Virus record (IMG/VR): IMGVR_UViG_3300030019_000003
Span: 186,001 to 250,000 of that record
DNA: 64,000 nucleotides
Strand: one strand, 5' to 3'
Positions within the stretch are counted from its first letter, which is position 1, and each line of letters opens with the position of its first letter. The notes below the pieces were generated by a model, which did no database searches, was not told where the DNA came from, and was given only the letters and a program-made list of their open reading frames with translations. The position numbers and the translations under genes are program-made. This document shows positions 50,356 through 60,009 of the stretch, piece by piece.

Positions 50356-51885
50356 TTACCCCATCCTTCCTGCCAACAGCGTCGCGTTGAGAGAGCTTAG
50401 GGCGAAAAAATAGTCAACTATATTAAAAGGTATAATTTCTGGATGACCACCTTCCTTTGCAGCATTATCATTAAGTTCTTTACAACTAGGACATTCAAAG
50501 ATAGGAAATCCTATCGCTGTAATATAGGACGCATTGATAAAATCATAACAAACATCAATAACCTCGTCAGTGATAACGTTATCCCTAGATAACTCATCAA
50601 GAGCGTTATCTATAGCGGAACGTGTTGTCAATGTTACCACCTTGCCATTTTCATCTGTTAATGACATCTTCGCGATAACGGTATTATAGATACCTGCAAC
50701 AACGGTTCCAATAATATCTCTAACCTTGTTCTCTTTAGTAACATTATTATCAGCCGACGTAAATATCTCTTCAGCTATTTTAGATATTTTATTAATCCAT
50801 CTCACGCCGTTGACGCACATGTTCATAATATTAGGTATGGCCAACTCTAGTGTCAACACGGTACCTGCGGCAGAACCATCATAAATGGTGATCTCTTTTG
50901 TTGCTGTCATTTTACCTGCCAGCTTACTTTGATATTCTAATACTTCTTCAATACTAACAGAATTAGGATTTCGTTTAGAAAGTGTCAGTAGCATACTATC
51001 TGTAAACTGTGAATCATCACGAACCATCATAGCTGAAAGATCAACTCTACCTGTGATACTAAAATTACATTTAGGTCTACCATCAGAATCAAGAACGATG
51101 TTGTTTTTACAATAGCGTGTGATGATAGTTCCCTTAGGGTATTGTGACATTAAAAGTCCAAGTACTAATGAATAGTAATCATTACCAGAAATATAGTTTC
51201 TGACATCATCACCATCTGGACAGATCAATGTATAGCTACGAATATGAGAACAAATTAAGTCAACAATAGCGGTGTTAACAGTAGCACCAAGATTGTTAAA
51301 CGCGATGGTGTTAGTATCTTTACCAGCTCTAATAAGCTCTGCTGATATTCTATTTTGAAATGCTACGATAGTTGTTAATGTTGGAGCTTGCAAGGTTACC
51401 CAAAACCCAGAGTGTGGTAATGGGATATCGATGATATCTGTTTGCTTAGCAACAGATAAAAAACGCATAACATTGATATTAGAATCTTTGTTTGTTTTAT
51501 TTGTAGCCATAGGCGTAGGACCATGTATCAAATCTTTACCACCATAGCGCATAGCGTTATGCTTTGGGAGTGATTGATTATTTACCATGTTCTCTAGAAA
51601 AGCTGTACCGTATAGTAAACTTATTCCAGGTATTAGAGCTTTGAATTGTTGATCAATACCATCGGGTAATTTGATGTTCATATTTTCATCGGTAACACTT
51701 CGTAGGAATTCTTTAAAAACAGAAGTATTAGCAAAAGTATCAACAGGAAACGGCATGTTAACAGAAGCTATTTTAGATTCATCTTTAGAGTCAACAGGTA
51801 TGAACCAGTTCTTATTAAAGAAGTTATCATTTTTAGGGGGTTGTTGTTCTTCTGTAGGAAGATCTGCATTAATGTTAGAGTCCAC
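50356..51885 (-). CDS. Putative tail/baseplate assembly chaperone (T4 gp26-like Zn motifs)
   Basis: IPLPHSGFWVTLQAP, CKNN...C, FECPSC and C-terminal DYFF. Confidence 0.6.
   Translation of the reverse strand: MDSNINADLPTEEQQPPKNDNFFNKNWFIPVDSKDESKIASVNMPFPVDTFANTSVFKEFLRSVTDENMNIKLPDGIDQQFKALIPGISLLYGTAFLENMVNNQSLPKHNAMRYGGKDLIHGPTPMATNKTNKDSNINVMRFLSVAKQTDIIDIPLPHSGFWVTLQAPTLTTIVAFQNRISAELIRAGKDTNTIAFNNLGATVNTAIVDLICSHIRSYTLICPDGDDVRNYISGNDYYSLVLGLLMSQYPKGTIITRYCKNNIVLDSDGRPKCNFSITGRVDLSAMMVRDDSQFTDSMLLTLSKRNPNSVSIEEVLEYQSKLAGKMTATKEITIYDGSAAGTVLTLELAIPNIMNMCVNGVRWINKISKIAEEIFTSADNNVTKENKVRDIIGTVVAGIYNTVIAKMSLTDENGKVVTLTTRSAIDNALDELSRDNVITDEVIDVCYDFINASYITAIGFPIFECPSCKELNDNAAKEGGHPEIIPFNIVDYFFALSSLNATLLAGRMG
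50404..50410 (-). promoter_or_regulatory. Putative -1 ribosomal frameshift slippery site T TTT TTC
   Basis: X XXY YYZ heptamer in the frame of 50356-51885; the -1 frame is bounded by TGA (50414-50416) and is open to 49904. Confidence 0.65.
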
Positions 51886-51894
51886 AGTAATTCC

Positions 51895-52617
51895 TTAATG
51901 GTTAATTTTATCAATAATTGTTTTAGCGGCTAAGCTTATGTTCTTAATTTCTTCAGCGTATTTAGGATCGGCACCTACAGCAGGTATAACATCCAGTGCT
52001 ATCGCAGAGTATATCTCACCAATGGTTTGTCTAACCGTAACATAGCGTAGACCAAGACTACTGTAAGTCATGAAGTCTTCATCGGAATAGTTAATGGTAC
52101 CTTGTTTAAAACTGAAGATAGGCAAGAAAGGGTTGAGTACATGACCCACGCCATCAGGAATAAGTTTACTATCTGCAAAGATAGAAAAGCTATCATAATT
52201 AGTAATAGCTGCAGTATTCAAAGCAGTTGTTAAACGCTCGTTAAAAAGTGTATTGTATTGCTCAGGATTATTAACAATCTTAGCAGGTGTGCTCATACCA
52301 TTAAAAATAATAACAGTATCTGAAAATAGACCAGGGTATTCTCTAAGAACACTGTCTCTGATAGTATGTAAGTTAACACCGTGTTCAGCTCCTGTAGTAA
52401 GAATAATACTAGCAGCTTGATTTAAGCTAACAGTAGCTCCGTTAAATACTTCTTTAAGAGAGATGTCGCGTTCAATAACTGGAGCTAGTAATCGCTTACT
52501 CTCCTCAACATTATAATAGGCGTTGTTTAATTCCTTAATAACGGCTAGGAATTCTTCTCTCATAGTTTCCCAACTTAGAACTTCTTGTTTTTTAGGGAGT
52601 TGTTTCTTAGTGCTCAT
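51895..52617 (-). CDS. Hypothetical protein
   Basis: AAGGA RBS; 240 aa. Confidence 0.65.
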   Translation of the reverse strand: MSTKKQLPKKQEVLSWETMREEFLAVIKELNNAYYNVEESKRLLAPVIERDISLKEVFNGATVSLNQAASIILTTGAEHGVNLHTIRDSVLREYPGLFSDTVIIFNGMSTPAKIVNNPEQYNTLFNERLTTALNTAAITNYDSFSIFADSKLIPDGVGHVLNPFLPIFSFKQGTINYSDEDFMTYSSLGLRYVTVRQTIGEIYSAIALDVIPAVGADPKYAEEIKNISLAAKTIIDKINH

Positions 52618-52712
52618 GCTTCATCCTTAATGTGTGATTATCATAGATACCAATGGATACAAATAATTAATCGCCCAGAGATTAACTGAAATTATCAAAA
52701 AGGACATGCCTG

Positions 52713-53615
52713 ATGATGAACTATGAAATACAAGATTATCTTGACAGTTATTTAAGAGAGGCTTTAATTGCTAATAAATATGTTATGTATCGCCGTCTTT
52801 TTAATTTGTTGTTTAATCTCAACACTACGATCAAAAATAATAATCATATCGAGCTTGATGATCTTCAGGGTGAAATGATTGATACTATTACCGTATACGA
52901 AGACGATACGGACTCTGTTAATTTACATCTTGAGGTGGTGTTTACAAAAGCCATGAAAACTTATATTGGTAGATACGGCATTATTATAAGCGATGATGCA
53001 ACTTTATCAGATTATGAAGCGATACTATTAGGATATTATAACCTGATAAATCCTGATCCTAACATGATAGAATATATACAGATGCAGTTAGAGGATATAG
53101 AGTATGAAGATAACCTATTAAAACTTGCTAGTATCTTAAGTATGAATTCTACTAAATCAGTTACATCAGTATATGAAGTACTGGATGATGTTAGAGAGGA
53201 TATTTTTATACTACTAGCAACTTACTTCAGTAACATGCTAGATGTTAATGGTGAACCACTTACGGATAATACTATCGATATTGTGTTAGCTTTAACAAAA
53301 GCTGATCCAGGTTTTAATAATACCTTTATATTAAAAGATGTTATTATTAATGGTTACCGTGCTGTTGGTATTGACATGCTGTTAACAGATCTTTACAGTA
53401 ATATTAATAAGCATACTAATGATTACAATCTTATACCCTATGAGATCGTTGCGACGCTATACATAGCAAATGATACTAAGGATGACATGTTGTCAGGATA
53501 CTTAGAAAAATTTAATATGGAAGCATTAGTGTTCATGCAGAATGAAAGTGGTAAAGAAGTTATTAATGCTGCCGTAGAAATGTTAATAAATAAGATATAT
53601 GCGAGTCTAACATGA
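52713..53615 (+). CDS. Conserved phiKZ-like protein upstream of vRNAP beta' (gp79-like by synteny)
   Basis: Acidic helical 300-aa ORF, ATGA-type overlap with the next gene. Confidence 0.6.
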   Translation: MMNYEIQDYLDSYLREALIANKYVMYRRLFNLLFNLNTTIKNNNHIELDDLQGEMIDTITVYEDDTDSVNLHLEVVFTKAMKTYIGRYGIIISDDATLSDYEAILLGYYNLINPDPNMIEYIQMQLEDIEYEDNLLKLASILSMNSTKSVTSVYEVLDDVREDIFILLATYFSNMLDVNGEPLTDNTIDIVLALTKADPGFNNTFILKDVIINGYRAVGIDMLLTDLYSNINKHTNDYNLIPYEIVATLYIANDTKDDMLSGYLEKFNMEALVFMQNESGKEVINAAVEMLINKIYASLT

Positions 53616-54877
53616 AAGCAACTGAATACTTTTTAAAAATGATACAAACAGATCATGTCTTTAAACTTAAATGGTATTATTCTGTTTTTGCACTTATAAG
53701 TAAGAATGCGACTGCTAATGAGTACCTTAAGATAGAAGAAGACAGTTACTACGTTCTTATAGAAAAAGAATGGATTAAGATAGATGATAGACTTCCTGTT
53801 GATGGCGCGTTATTAAGTATGATGGAACCTATCGTTTTAGAAAAAGATAGTTTAGAGAATGTACATGAGCGTTTAGAAACAACAATCGGTCTAACAGTTA
53901 TGAATGTTCTTTACTTCACATCTATCTTTGGTACTATGTTTAATTTTCAAAATAAAGCTATGACACCTAAAAGTGTTGAGAATATGGTCATCACCGCCTA
54001 TAAAAAAGATGCTATAACGGTAGAACAATATCACAGCTTTATGGATGTTGGTACCTTCTTAGAAGGTCTTGCAAGAATCATAACCGTATCAATTACGCCT
54101 AAGACCATTGTTCCTCCCCCTGGTATTAAGGAATACTCTATAAAAGTGCGAGAAGAGATGGTTGCCAAGTATGGTACTAACTGGGTAAAAGATAGATCTA
54201 GAATTGTTGAGTATGAAGAGGCTCTTAAGAAGTATGATAAGGCTTGGCTAAAAGATGATCCTTCTTTAGGTAAACTTATGTCTGGTAAGATACTTAATGA
54301 TGCCAGGGTTAAAATGAATTTAGGATTTGGGGCAGAGTCTGCGTTTGATGAAACAGGTACCGATGTTAATCTTATTACTAACTCATTACTAGACGGTTAT
54401 CCGAAGGATGCTGCTTCATTAGCTGTTATTTTTAACACTTCAAGAGCAGGGTCATTCTTTAGGGGCCATGAGACACAGAAAGGCGGTGCCAGTGCTAAAG
54501 ACCTACTAAGAGCTACTGCTGGTATCGTTATTGTTCCTGGCGATTGTAACACCCGCCTAGGCCATCCTGTGACGGTTGGTAAATGGATGGGAGATAATCT
54601 TACAGGTAGATATATTATAGAAGGTGACAAAGTTTCTAAAATAGAAAACATGTTTGATTATATAGGTAAGACTATTGTTATTAGATCTCCACAATATTGT
54701 AATCAGGCTAATGGTATTTGTTCTATATGTTCAGGTGAGGTTATGGCTAAATATCCTAACGGTGTATCTATTTTAGCCACAGATATTTCAGGAGCTATGT
54801 TAAATAGTTCGTTAAAGAAAATGCATGCTTCAAAGTCAACAACTATGAAGTTTAATATAAAAGAAACTATCCGCTAA
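53612..54877 (+). CDS. Virion RNA polymerase beta' C-terminal subunit (phiKZ gp80-like)
   Basis: SRAGSFFRGHETQKGG (bridge helix-like), DCNT, IRSPQYC, CSICSG and LKKMH. Confidence 0.88.
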   Translation: MKATEYFLKMIQTDHVFKLKWYYSVFALISKNATANEYLKIEEDSYYVLIEKEWIKIDDRLPVDGALLSMMEPIVLEKDSLENVHERLETTIGLTVMNVLYFTSIFGTMFNFQNKAMTPKSVENMVITAYKKDAITVEQYHSFMDVGTFLEGLARIITVSITPKTIVPPPGIKEYSIKVREEMVAKYGTNWVKDRSRIVEYEEALKKYDKAWLKDDPSLGKLMSGKILNDARVKMNLGFGAESAFDETGTDVNLITNSLLDGYPKDAASLAVIFNTSRAGSFFRGHETQKGGASAKDLLRATAGIVIVPGDCNTRLGHPVTVGKWMGDNLTGRYIIEGDKVSKIENMFDYIGKTIVIRSPQYCNQANGICSICSGEVMAKYPNGVSILATDISGAMLNSSLKKMHASKSTTMKFNIKETIR

Positions 54878-54930
54878 TATTTTATATACAGTGTAATAGT
54901 TGATAAAACAACATTAAGAAGGGGTTCCGT

Positions 54931-55761
54931 ATGGACGATATTTTAGATTTGTTAGAGAGTAATGAGAAACCGTCGTTTCAGAATGAAGGTAACTCCGCAG
55001 AAAAACCTGCAACTGAGTGGAAACCTAAAAGTGACTGGAAGCCACGTGGGGAGTGGAAACCTAACAGTAACTATAGTGGTGGTACTCGTAAACCATTTGT
55101 AAGTCTTTGGAATAAAAAAGACTTTACACCTAAAGAGATTAAGATCTCTGAGTTAACACGTAAAAAAGCATTTATGGTTGTTATTGCCAACAAAACCTCT
55201 TTACCAGATAACATTAATAAACTTCTCGTTAACATGTCGTTGATGTTGTCTAAAGCAGGTTATACTTTTAGATGTAATGCTGACAAAAACGATGTCGTGC
55301 AGCTTACGATTCTAAACAAGATTAAAGAAGAGGGTGATGCCGCTAAAGGTGACCCTAAATTTGAAGTTTACTTACCTTGGGCAAAGTTTAACGAGGATAT
55401 TGAAAAACCAACGATGACGTATCCTAATGAGGCTGGTTACAGTATTGCTGTTAATATGCACAATACATTCTACGATCAAAAAGAGTCTGTGAGAGCAATC
55501 ATCTCGAGAGATGTTCATATGAGTCTAGGTACAACAGGTACCGAAGCTGTAGAGTTCATGGTGATCTATACAGAGTGTGGATCAGAATCTATTGGACAAC
55601 ATCCTGATTATAGAAAACTAGGTAATGCTACATTCTATATTAAACTTGCCGAGAAGGCAAACATTCCTGTATTCAATGTTAAGAATCCAGAATCGATTAA
55701 AAGACTGTCAGAGTTTATTAAATCAAAACAGGCGCTAGCCGAGGTTACAGGTGAGGAGTAA
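54931..55761 (+). CDS. DprA/SLOG-like nucleotide-binding protein
   Basis: GYTFR..AD, EVYLPW..FN, RDVH..LG, FMVIYT..G and A....IPVFN pattern; N-terminal WKP repeats. Confidence 0.6.
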   Translation: MDDILDLLESNEKPSFQNEGNSAEKPATEWKPKSDWKPRGEWKPNSNYSGGTRKPFVSLWNKKDFTPKEIKISELTRKKAFMVVIANKTSLPDNINKLLVNMSLMLSKAGYTFRCNADKNDVVQLTILNKIKEEGDAAKGDPKFEVYLPWAKFNEDIEKPTMTYPNEAGYSIAVNMHNTFYDQKESVRAIISRDVHMSLGTTGTEAVEFMVIYTECGSESIGQHPDYRKLGNATFYIKLAEKANIPVFNVKNPESIKRLSEFIKSKQALAEVTGEE

Positions 55762-55803
55762 TCCTCATCTGTTTTTTTGAATATCATACATTAAGGAAAC
55801 ACA

Positions 55804-56772
55804 ATGGCTAGAAATACTAAAGATACCGAATCAGGTGTAACACCAGTAGACGAAACTACTGCAGTACCTGATAGTAATACAGCAATCGATACTACAGGTA
55901 CATCACCAGTAGATGAATCACCTGATCTTGACACAGTTGATCAAGCTCCAGAACAAGAATCTACACCAGATGTAGAAAGTGCGTCAGTTGATACAAGTAC
56001 GCCACCAGATATGCTTCAGGTAGAATCTCAACCTGCAGATGGCGCAACATCGACACCGGCTACTGAGGAACCTAATACTGATATACCTCCTGTAGATCAA
56101 ACGCTTACTCCCGCAGATGTTGAAAAAGAACCAGAGGTAGTACAACAAGACCCAGCTACAAATCAAGCATTACCAGAAGCACCACTTGATGATGCATCTG
56201 CTGATAGTATTGAAACAGCAACACCAGAAGTAGAGACTATTCCTACTCCTGTAAGTCCTAGCGTTGTTAGCGTTAAAGCGATCATTGCTTCTGACGATAA
56301 AACAATTATCGAAAAACTTGAAGCTATCATGGCTTGCGGTATTCCTGTTTATCAATTGTTAGCAGGTAATCTACATAACTATATTAAACGTATGGATGGC
56401 ACTGAAGTTGTTAGTAACACTGAAGGTGCTGCTTTAAATCATAGCCTTTACACCACTATTGTTAATGCTGCAGATACCGAAGACAAGTCAACGTTTAAAA
56501 CGCTTTTTGATATCATCAACCTAACATTCGCACATCATAAAGAGGGTGTGTTTAGTTTGGAATCATTAATGCGATTTGACCAAGATTGGAAATACGGTGC
56601 TGAGAAATTACTAGGATTTAGATATATCGCGACATTGATTCATCATTTATCGGATATCACAACTCGTAAAGACAATCTTAATTCTATCAGCATTGATGCT
56701 GCGGTTAAACCTGAGAGAACAGGTTTTGGAAAAACACTGATCGATAACATTAAACATTACTATATGTCATAA
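55804..56772 (+). CDS. Conserved phiKZ-like protein with acidic Pro/Thr-rich N-terminus
   Basis: About 150-aa low-complexity N-terminus; C-terminal GVFSLESLMRF motif. Confidence 0.7.
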   Translation: MARNTKDTESGVTPVDETTAVPDSNTAIDTTGTSPVDESPDLDTVDQAPEQESTPDVESASVDTSTPPDMLQVESQPADGATSTPATEEPNTDIPPVDQTLTPADVEKEPEVVQQDPATNQALPEAPLDDASADSIETATPEVETIPTPVSPSVVSVKAIIASDDKTIIEKLEAIMACGIPVYQLLAGNLHNYIKRMDGTEVVSNTEGAALNHSLYTTIVNAADTEDKSTFKTLFDIINLTFAHHKEGVFSLESLMRFDQDWKYGAEKLLGFRYIATLIHHLSDITTRKDNLNSISIDAAVKPERTGFGKTLIDNIKHYYMS

Positions 56773-56784
56773 CGATGTTAAAGC

Positions 56785-56818
56785 CTAACACTAACCAGGA
56801 TATCCTGGTTAGTGTTAG
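56785..56818. terminator. Perfect 34-bp palindrome
   Basis: CTAACACTAACCAGGAT|ATCCTGGTTAGTGTTAG then T tract. Confidence 0.82.
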
Positions 56819-57044
56819 TTACTTTTTTCAATAGTATATCTTAAGGTGATAAAAAAACACTAGATAACGAACTTAACCATTATCTAGTGAAATTCATAAA
56901 GGGGCCCCAACGCGTACTTAAGAAGGGTCGGTTGTAATGTTAGGGCAGTGAGACGGGAGGATAGGGCATCTCAACTAATAGGTTATTAAATCCCAAGAAG
57001 TTATAAATATATATTATAAAGGTAATAACTTAAAGGAGTATCCT

Positions 57045-57317
57045 ATGAAAAAAGAAATTATTGTGTTGTGCTTATGCGCACTAATAAGTTTTGTGTTAGT
57101 TCTTATCTACATGTCATGTGATCTAGAAATAAAACTAGGTGTCGTGATTGGATTACTAGTGTCATCAATAATTGCGTGGAAAAAAGGTTTAAAAGAGTTT
57201 AAAAGTCTTAATACTATTAATACTGTCAACAACAGATTACTTAATGATATTAATACGATGCAAAAAATGTCTAGAAGAGACAACACGTTACTACGTGCAT
57301 TAACCTGTAAAGGATAA
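57045..57317 (+). CDS. Small two-TM membrane protein
   Basis: Two hydrophobic segments; AAGGAG RBS; TATATTATA element upstream. Confidence 0.65.
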   Translation: MKKEIIVLCLCALISFVLVLIYMSCDLEIKLGVVIGLLVSSIIAWKKGLKEFKSLNTINTVNNRLLNDINTMQKMSRRDNTLLRALTCKG

Positions 57318-57320
57318 GTA

Positions 57321-58118
57321 ATGAAAAAGATTGCTGTGCATGATGGTAAATTTCATGCTGATGAGATTCTAGCAGTAGCTCTGCTAGATGTATTTCTAAA
57401 AGAAAATTTTGATGTTACACGCGTTGGTCATGATGAAGTAGAGTTTGATAACTATGATTTCGTTATTGATGTTGGTCTACACTATGATCGTGTTAAATAT
57501 TTTGATCACCATCAGAATGCTAAGGGAACACCTGCAGCTTGTTTCATGGTATGGGAGTATTTAAAATACAGATTAAGTCTTGAACAATATGGCTATACCG
57601 AAATCGATGAACTTGTTAAGTACTGTAGCGAAAACGATGTTGGTAACAACATGGCTATCGTAGGTAGTTTACCTTATATTGTCGGATTGTATAACAATGA
57701 AAATATTTACAGTCCTAAACAACATGTTGCCTTTCTTAATGTTCTTACATTAGTAACTTCTATCATTGGAGCTATGAAAGAAATGCAGGATAAGATCAAT
57801 TGTGAGAACGCTGTTGTAGATTCATTATCGATCGACGAATGTGGTATCCTATGGTTGCCATGTTATTTACACGCGATGAAAAGAATTAATGGTTTTACAA
57901 GACCAGAGGTTAAATACATAGCGTGGTATGAGAGTGAGAAGCAACAATGGTATCTCAGAGTACCTAATACAGGTGATGGTAGCTATAACCTTGTTAGTGA
58001 TCCATTACAGTCATCTGAGTTGGCAACATTTGTACATGCTTCTGGTTTCTTAGCTACTTTTAAAACAGAAGAGAATATTAAAAAATATTTTAAGGAATTC
58101 CTATGCAAGACGATTTAA
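57321..58118 (+). CDS. MYG1/UPF0160 family hydrolase (DHH-superfamily nuclease)
   Basis: HDGKFHADE, DVG, FDHHQ and FVHASGF. Confidence 0.85.
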   Translation: MKKIAVHDGKFHADEILAVALLDVFLKENFDVTRVGHDEVEFDNYDFVIDVGLHYDRVKYFDHHQNAKGTPAACFMVWEYLKYRLSLEQYGYTEIDELVKYCSENDVGNNMAIVGSLPYIVGLYNNENIYSPKQHVAFLNVLTLVTSIIGAMKEMQDKINCENAVVDSLSIDECGILWLPCYLHAMKRINGFTRPEVKYIAWYESEKQQWYLRVPNTGDGSYNLVSDPLQSSELATFVHASGFLATFKTEENIKKYFKEFLCKTI

Positions 58119-58585
58119 CAATTATAAAAGAGTTGGTATTACTAAGAGTAGACGAAGACAGTCTTCCTAAGTTAACAAGTAGAAATGATACTTTTCAAGC
58201 GGTTATTAATCGTATTGTTAAAGTAGCCCCTACCTTAAATAAACTGGATGCTGCTTCAGTACACAATGTTCCTGTGAAATTAGATGCAGGTGATTTCTTT
58301 ATCACTGCATTTCATTCTAAGAAACCCTATGCGGATATGTTACCTGAGACACAAATCATTGTGTTCAGGGTATTGGAAGAAGCCGATCCTATCATTGAGA
58401 CCTATCGTGCCTTTGTACCAGCATCTGAGAACATCGTGAAGATGGTAAGATTACTTCCACATGAATATATGCGATCATGCCCTATGTTAGGAAGTATCAT
58501 TAGTGGCATCAGTGCCGAATTAACATACTTCATCGCTAACACTCCTGTGTTAGAGATAACTGATCCAGATGAAGAACTAGTCTAG
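58103..58585 (+). CDS. Hypothetical protein
   Basis: AAGGA RBS; overlaps the MYG1 gene end. Confidence 0.65.
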   Translation: MQDDLTIIKELVLLRVDEDSLPKLTSRNDTFQAVINRIVKVAPTLNKLDAASVHNVPVKLDAGDFFITAFHSKKPYADMLPETQIIVFRVLEEADPIIETYRAFVPASENIVKMVRLLPHEYMRSCPMLGSIISGISAELTYFIANTPVLEITDPDEELV

Positions 58586-58614
58586 CAGATACAGGGATAT
58601 CCCTGTATCTGCTA
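58583..58614. terminator. Perfect 32-bp palindrome between convergent genes
   Basis: TAGCAGATACAGGGAT|ATCCCTGTATCTGCTA. Confidence 0.82.
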
Positions 58615-58618
58615 TTAA

Positions 58619-59833
58619 CTAACTTTTATTTTTGTACATCGATCTTAAAAATACATAAAGTAAAATACCTATTGTTATAGTCGTTATCATCCACTTTGTC
58701 TTAACACCTGTAGCGGATTGAGCTATATTAAATAAATAGTTTTTAATATACTTAACTTCGGGACTCTTTACAGAGCTACTGCTCCAAAATCCTTTCATAC
58801 GATTAAGACAATCTAAAACCTGTTTATTATACTCATCTACGATACCACACTGGCGTAAGTAACTAATAGAGGTTATAATACCGATTCCTATAAAATCATT
58901 CTTAGTAGATGATTCAACAGGTATCTTCTCAGAAAGATAACGCAAGGTTGTAACAAAATGTTCCTCAGGTATATTCGGCATAACATGCTTTATTAAATAG
59001 ACAAGATCGTTATTAATAAAGTCATTAGGACGACTATAGGTATCTCGTACATAATGTACATAAGATTCATGAGAACTAGTAACAGCCTTTGAACCCATAC
59101 CGCCTTCATCATCTTCTTCTAGTACTGAGCTAGAATAGACTTTCTCATTCTTCTTATTAACATCTATTAGTACAGTATAGATGTTCTTAATAGCCTCTCT
59201 TATCCTACCCTGCATATCAGCAATGGCTCTAACAGCATCCTCTGTTGTACCACGTTTAACTCTATCATAATGTAGACCACCTAGGATAACATCTTTAGCA
59301 CGGTGATCAAAGACCTTTTGCCATGTTCCAAAACGTTTAATCAAATATCTATTAGATAGTCTTTCATAAACAGCTTTGGCTGTAGCAATATCAACATTAT
59401 AAATAAAGTAATGCGTTATAAGGGAACTTATTACCTTATAAGCAAAAACATAATAAGCTTCAATAACATCATTAGGATACTGGCTAATCTTATTTTCATT
59501 CTTTGTAAACATGTGCATTAACCAGAAGATTGTTAGATAAGTAGGATTACTTGTAGTTGCTCTGGTTTTATCAATTCCTGGTACTTTGTAAAGGTCATAA
59601 CGTAAAGAAGGTAAATCACATTTTACAACATTTGTGTAAAAGAGATTCTCATCTGCATCGCTAAAACGGATGGGGTGAACACCAGTTAAGTTACCACCTA
59701 AAAAATCAACATACATGTCTGACTTTTGTGTCCATTTTATTCTAAAGCGTTGTAGAGCAGAGTAAAGCTCCTTGTCATAACTGATGTGTTTGAGGTGTTC
59801 CTCAAACACATCCTTTATTTCATTATGTTTCAC
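58619..59833 (-). CDS. Conserved phiKZ-like virion protein (putative)
   Basis: FLGGNLTGVHPIRFS, SNPTYL, LSNRYLIKRFGTW and ADMQGRIRE motifs. Confidence 0.65.
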   Translation of the reverse strand: MKHNEIKDVFEEHLKHISYDKELYSALQRFRIKWTQKSDMYVDFLGGNLTGVHPIRFSDADENLFYTNVVKCDLPSLRYDLYKVPGIDKTRATTSNPTYLTIFWLMHMFTKNENKISQYPNDVIEAYYVFAYKVISSLITHYFIYNVDIATAKAVYERLSNRYLIKRFGTWQKVFDHRAKDVILGGLHYDRVKRGTTEDAVRAIADMQGRIREAIKNIYTVLIDVNKKNEKVYSSSVLEEDDEGGMGSKAVTSSHESYVHYVRDTYSRPNDFINNDLVYLIKHVMPNIPEEHFVTTLRYLSEKIPVESSTKNDFIGIGIITSISYLRQCGIVDEYNKQVLDCLNRMKGFWSSSSVKSPEVKYIKNYLFNIAQSATGVKTKWMITTITIGILLYVFLRSMYKNKS

Positions 59834-60009
59834 TTCGTATCTTTAAGCATGGCCGCAGCCTGTTGCCTAATAGTTTGCCCCATGTACGCAGCAGGGGTTG
59901 ATGGTTTTTTAGATTTATCCGTAGCGTTTGTATTAAATACTCTTGGAGGTTTCTTCTCCCCCATTTTTACAATAGCCATAGATGAATCACTATGATTTCT
60001 TGTCATCAT
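59830..60009 (-). CDS. Small basic protein
   Basis: Start revised from 60036 to ATG 60009 (GGAGG upstream); Lys-rich. Confidence 0.5.
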   Translation of the reverse strand: MMTRNHSDSSMAIVKMGEKKPPRVFNTNATDKSKKPSTPAAYMGQTIRQQAAAMLKDTK

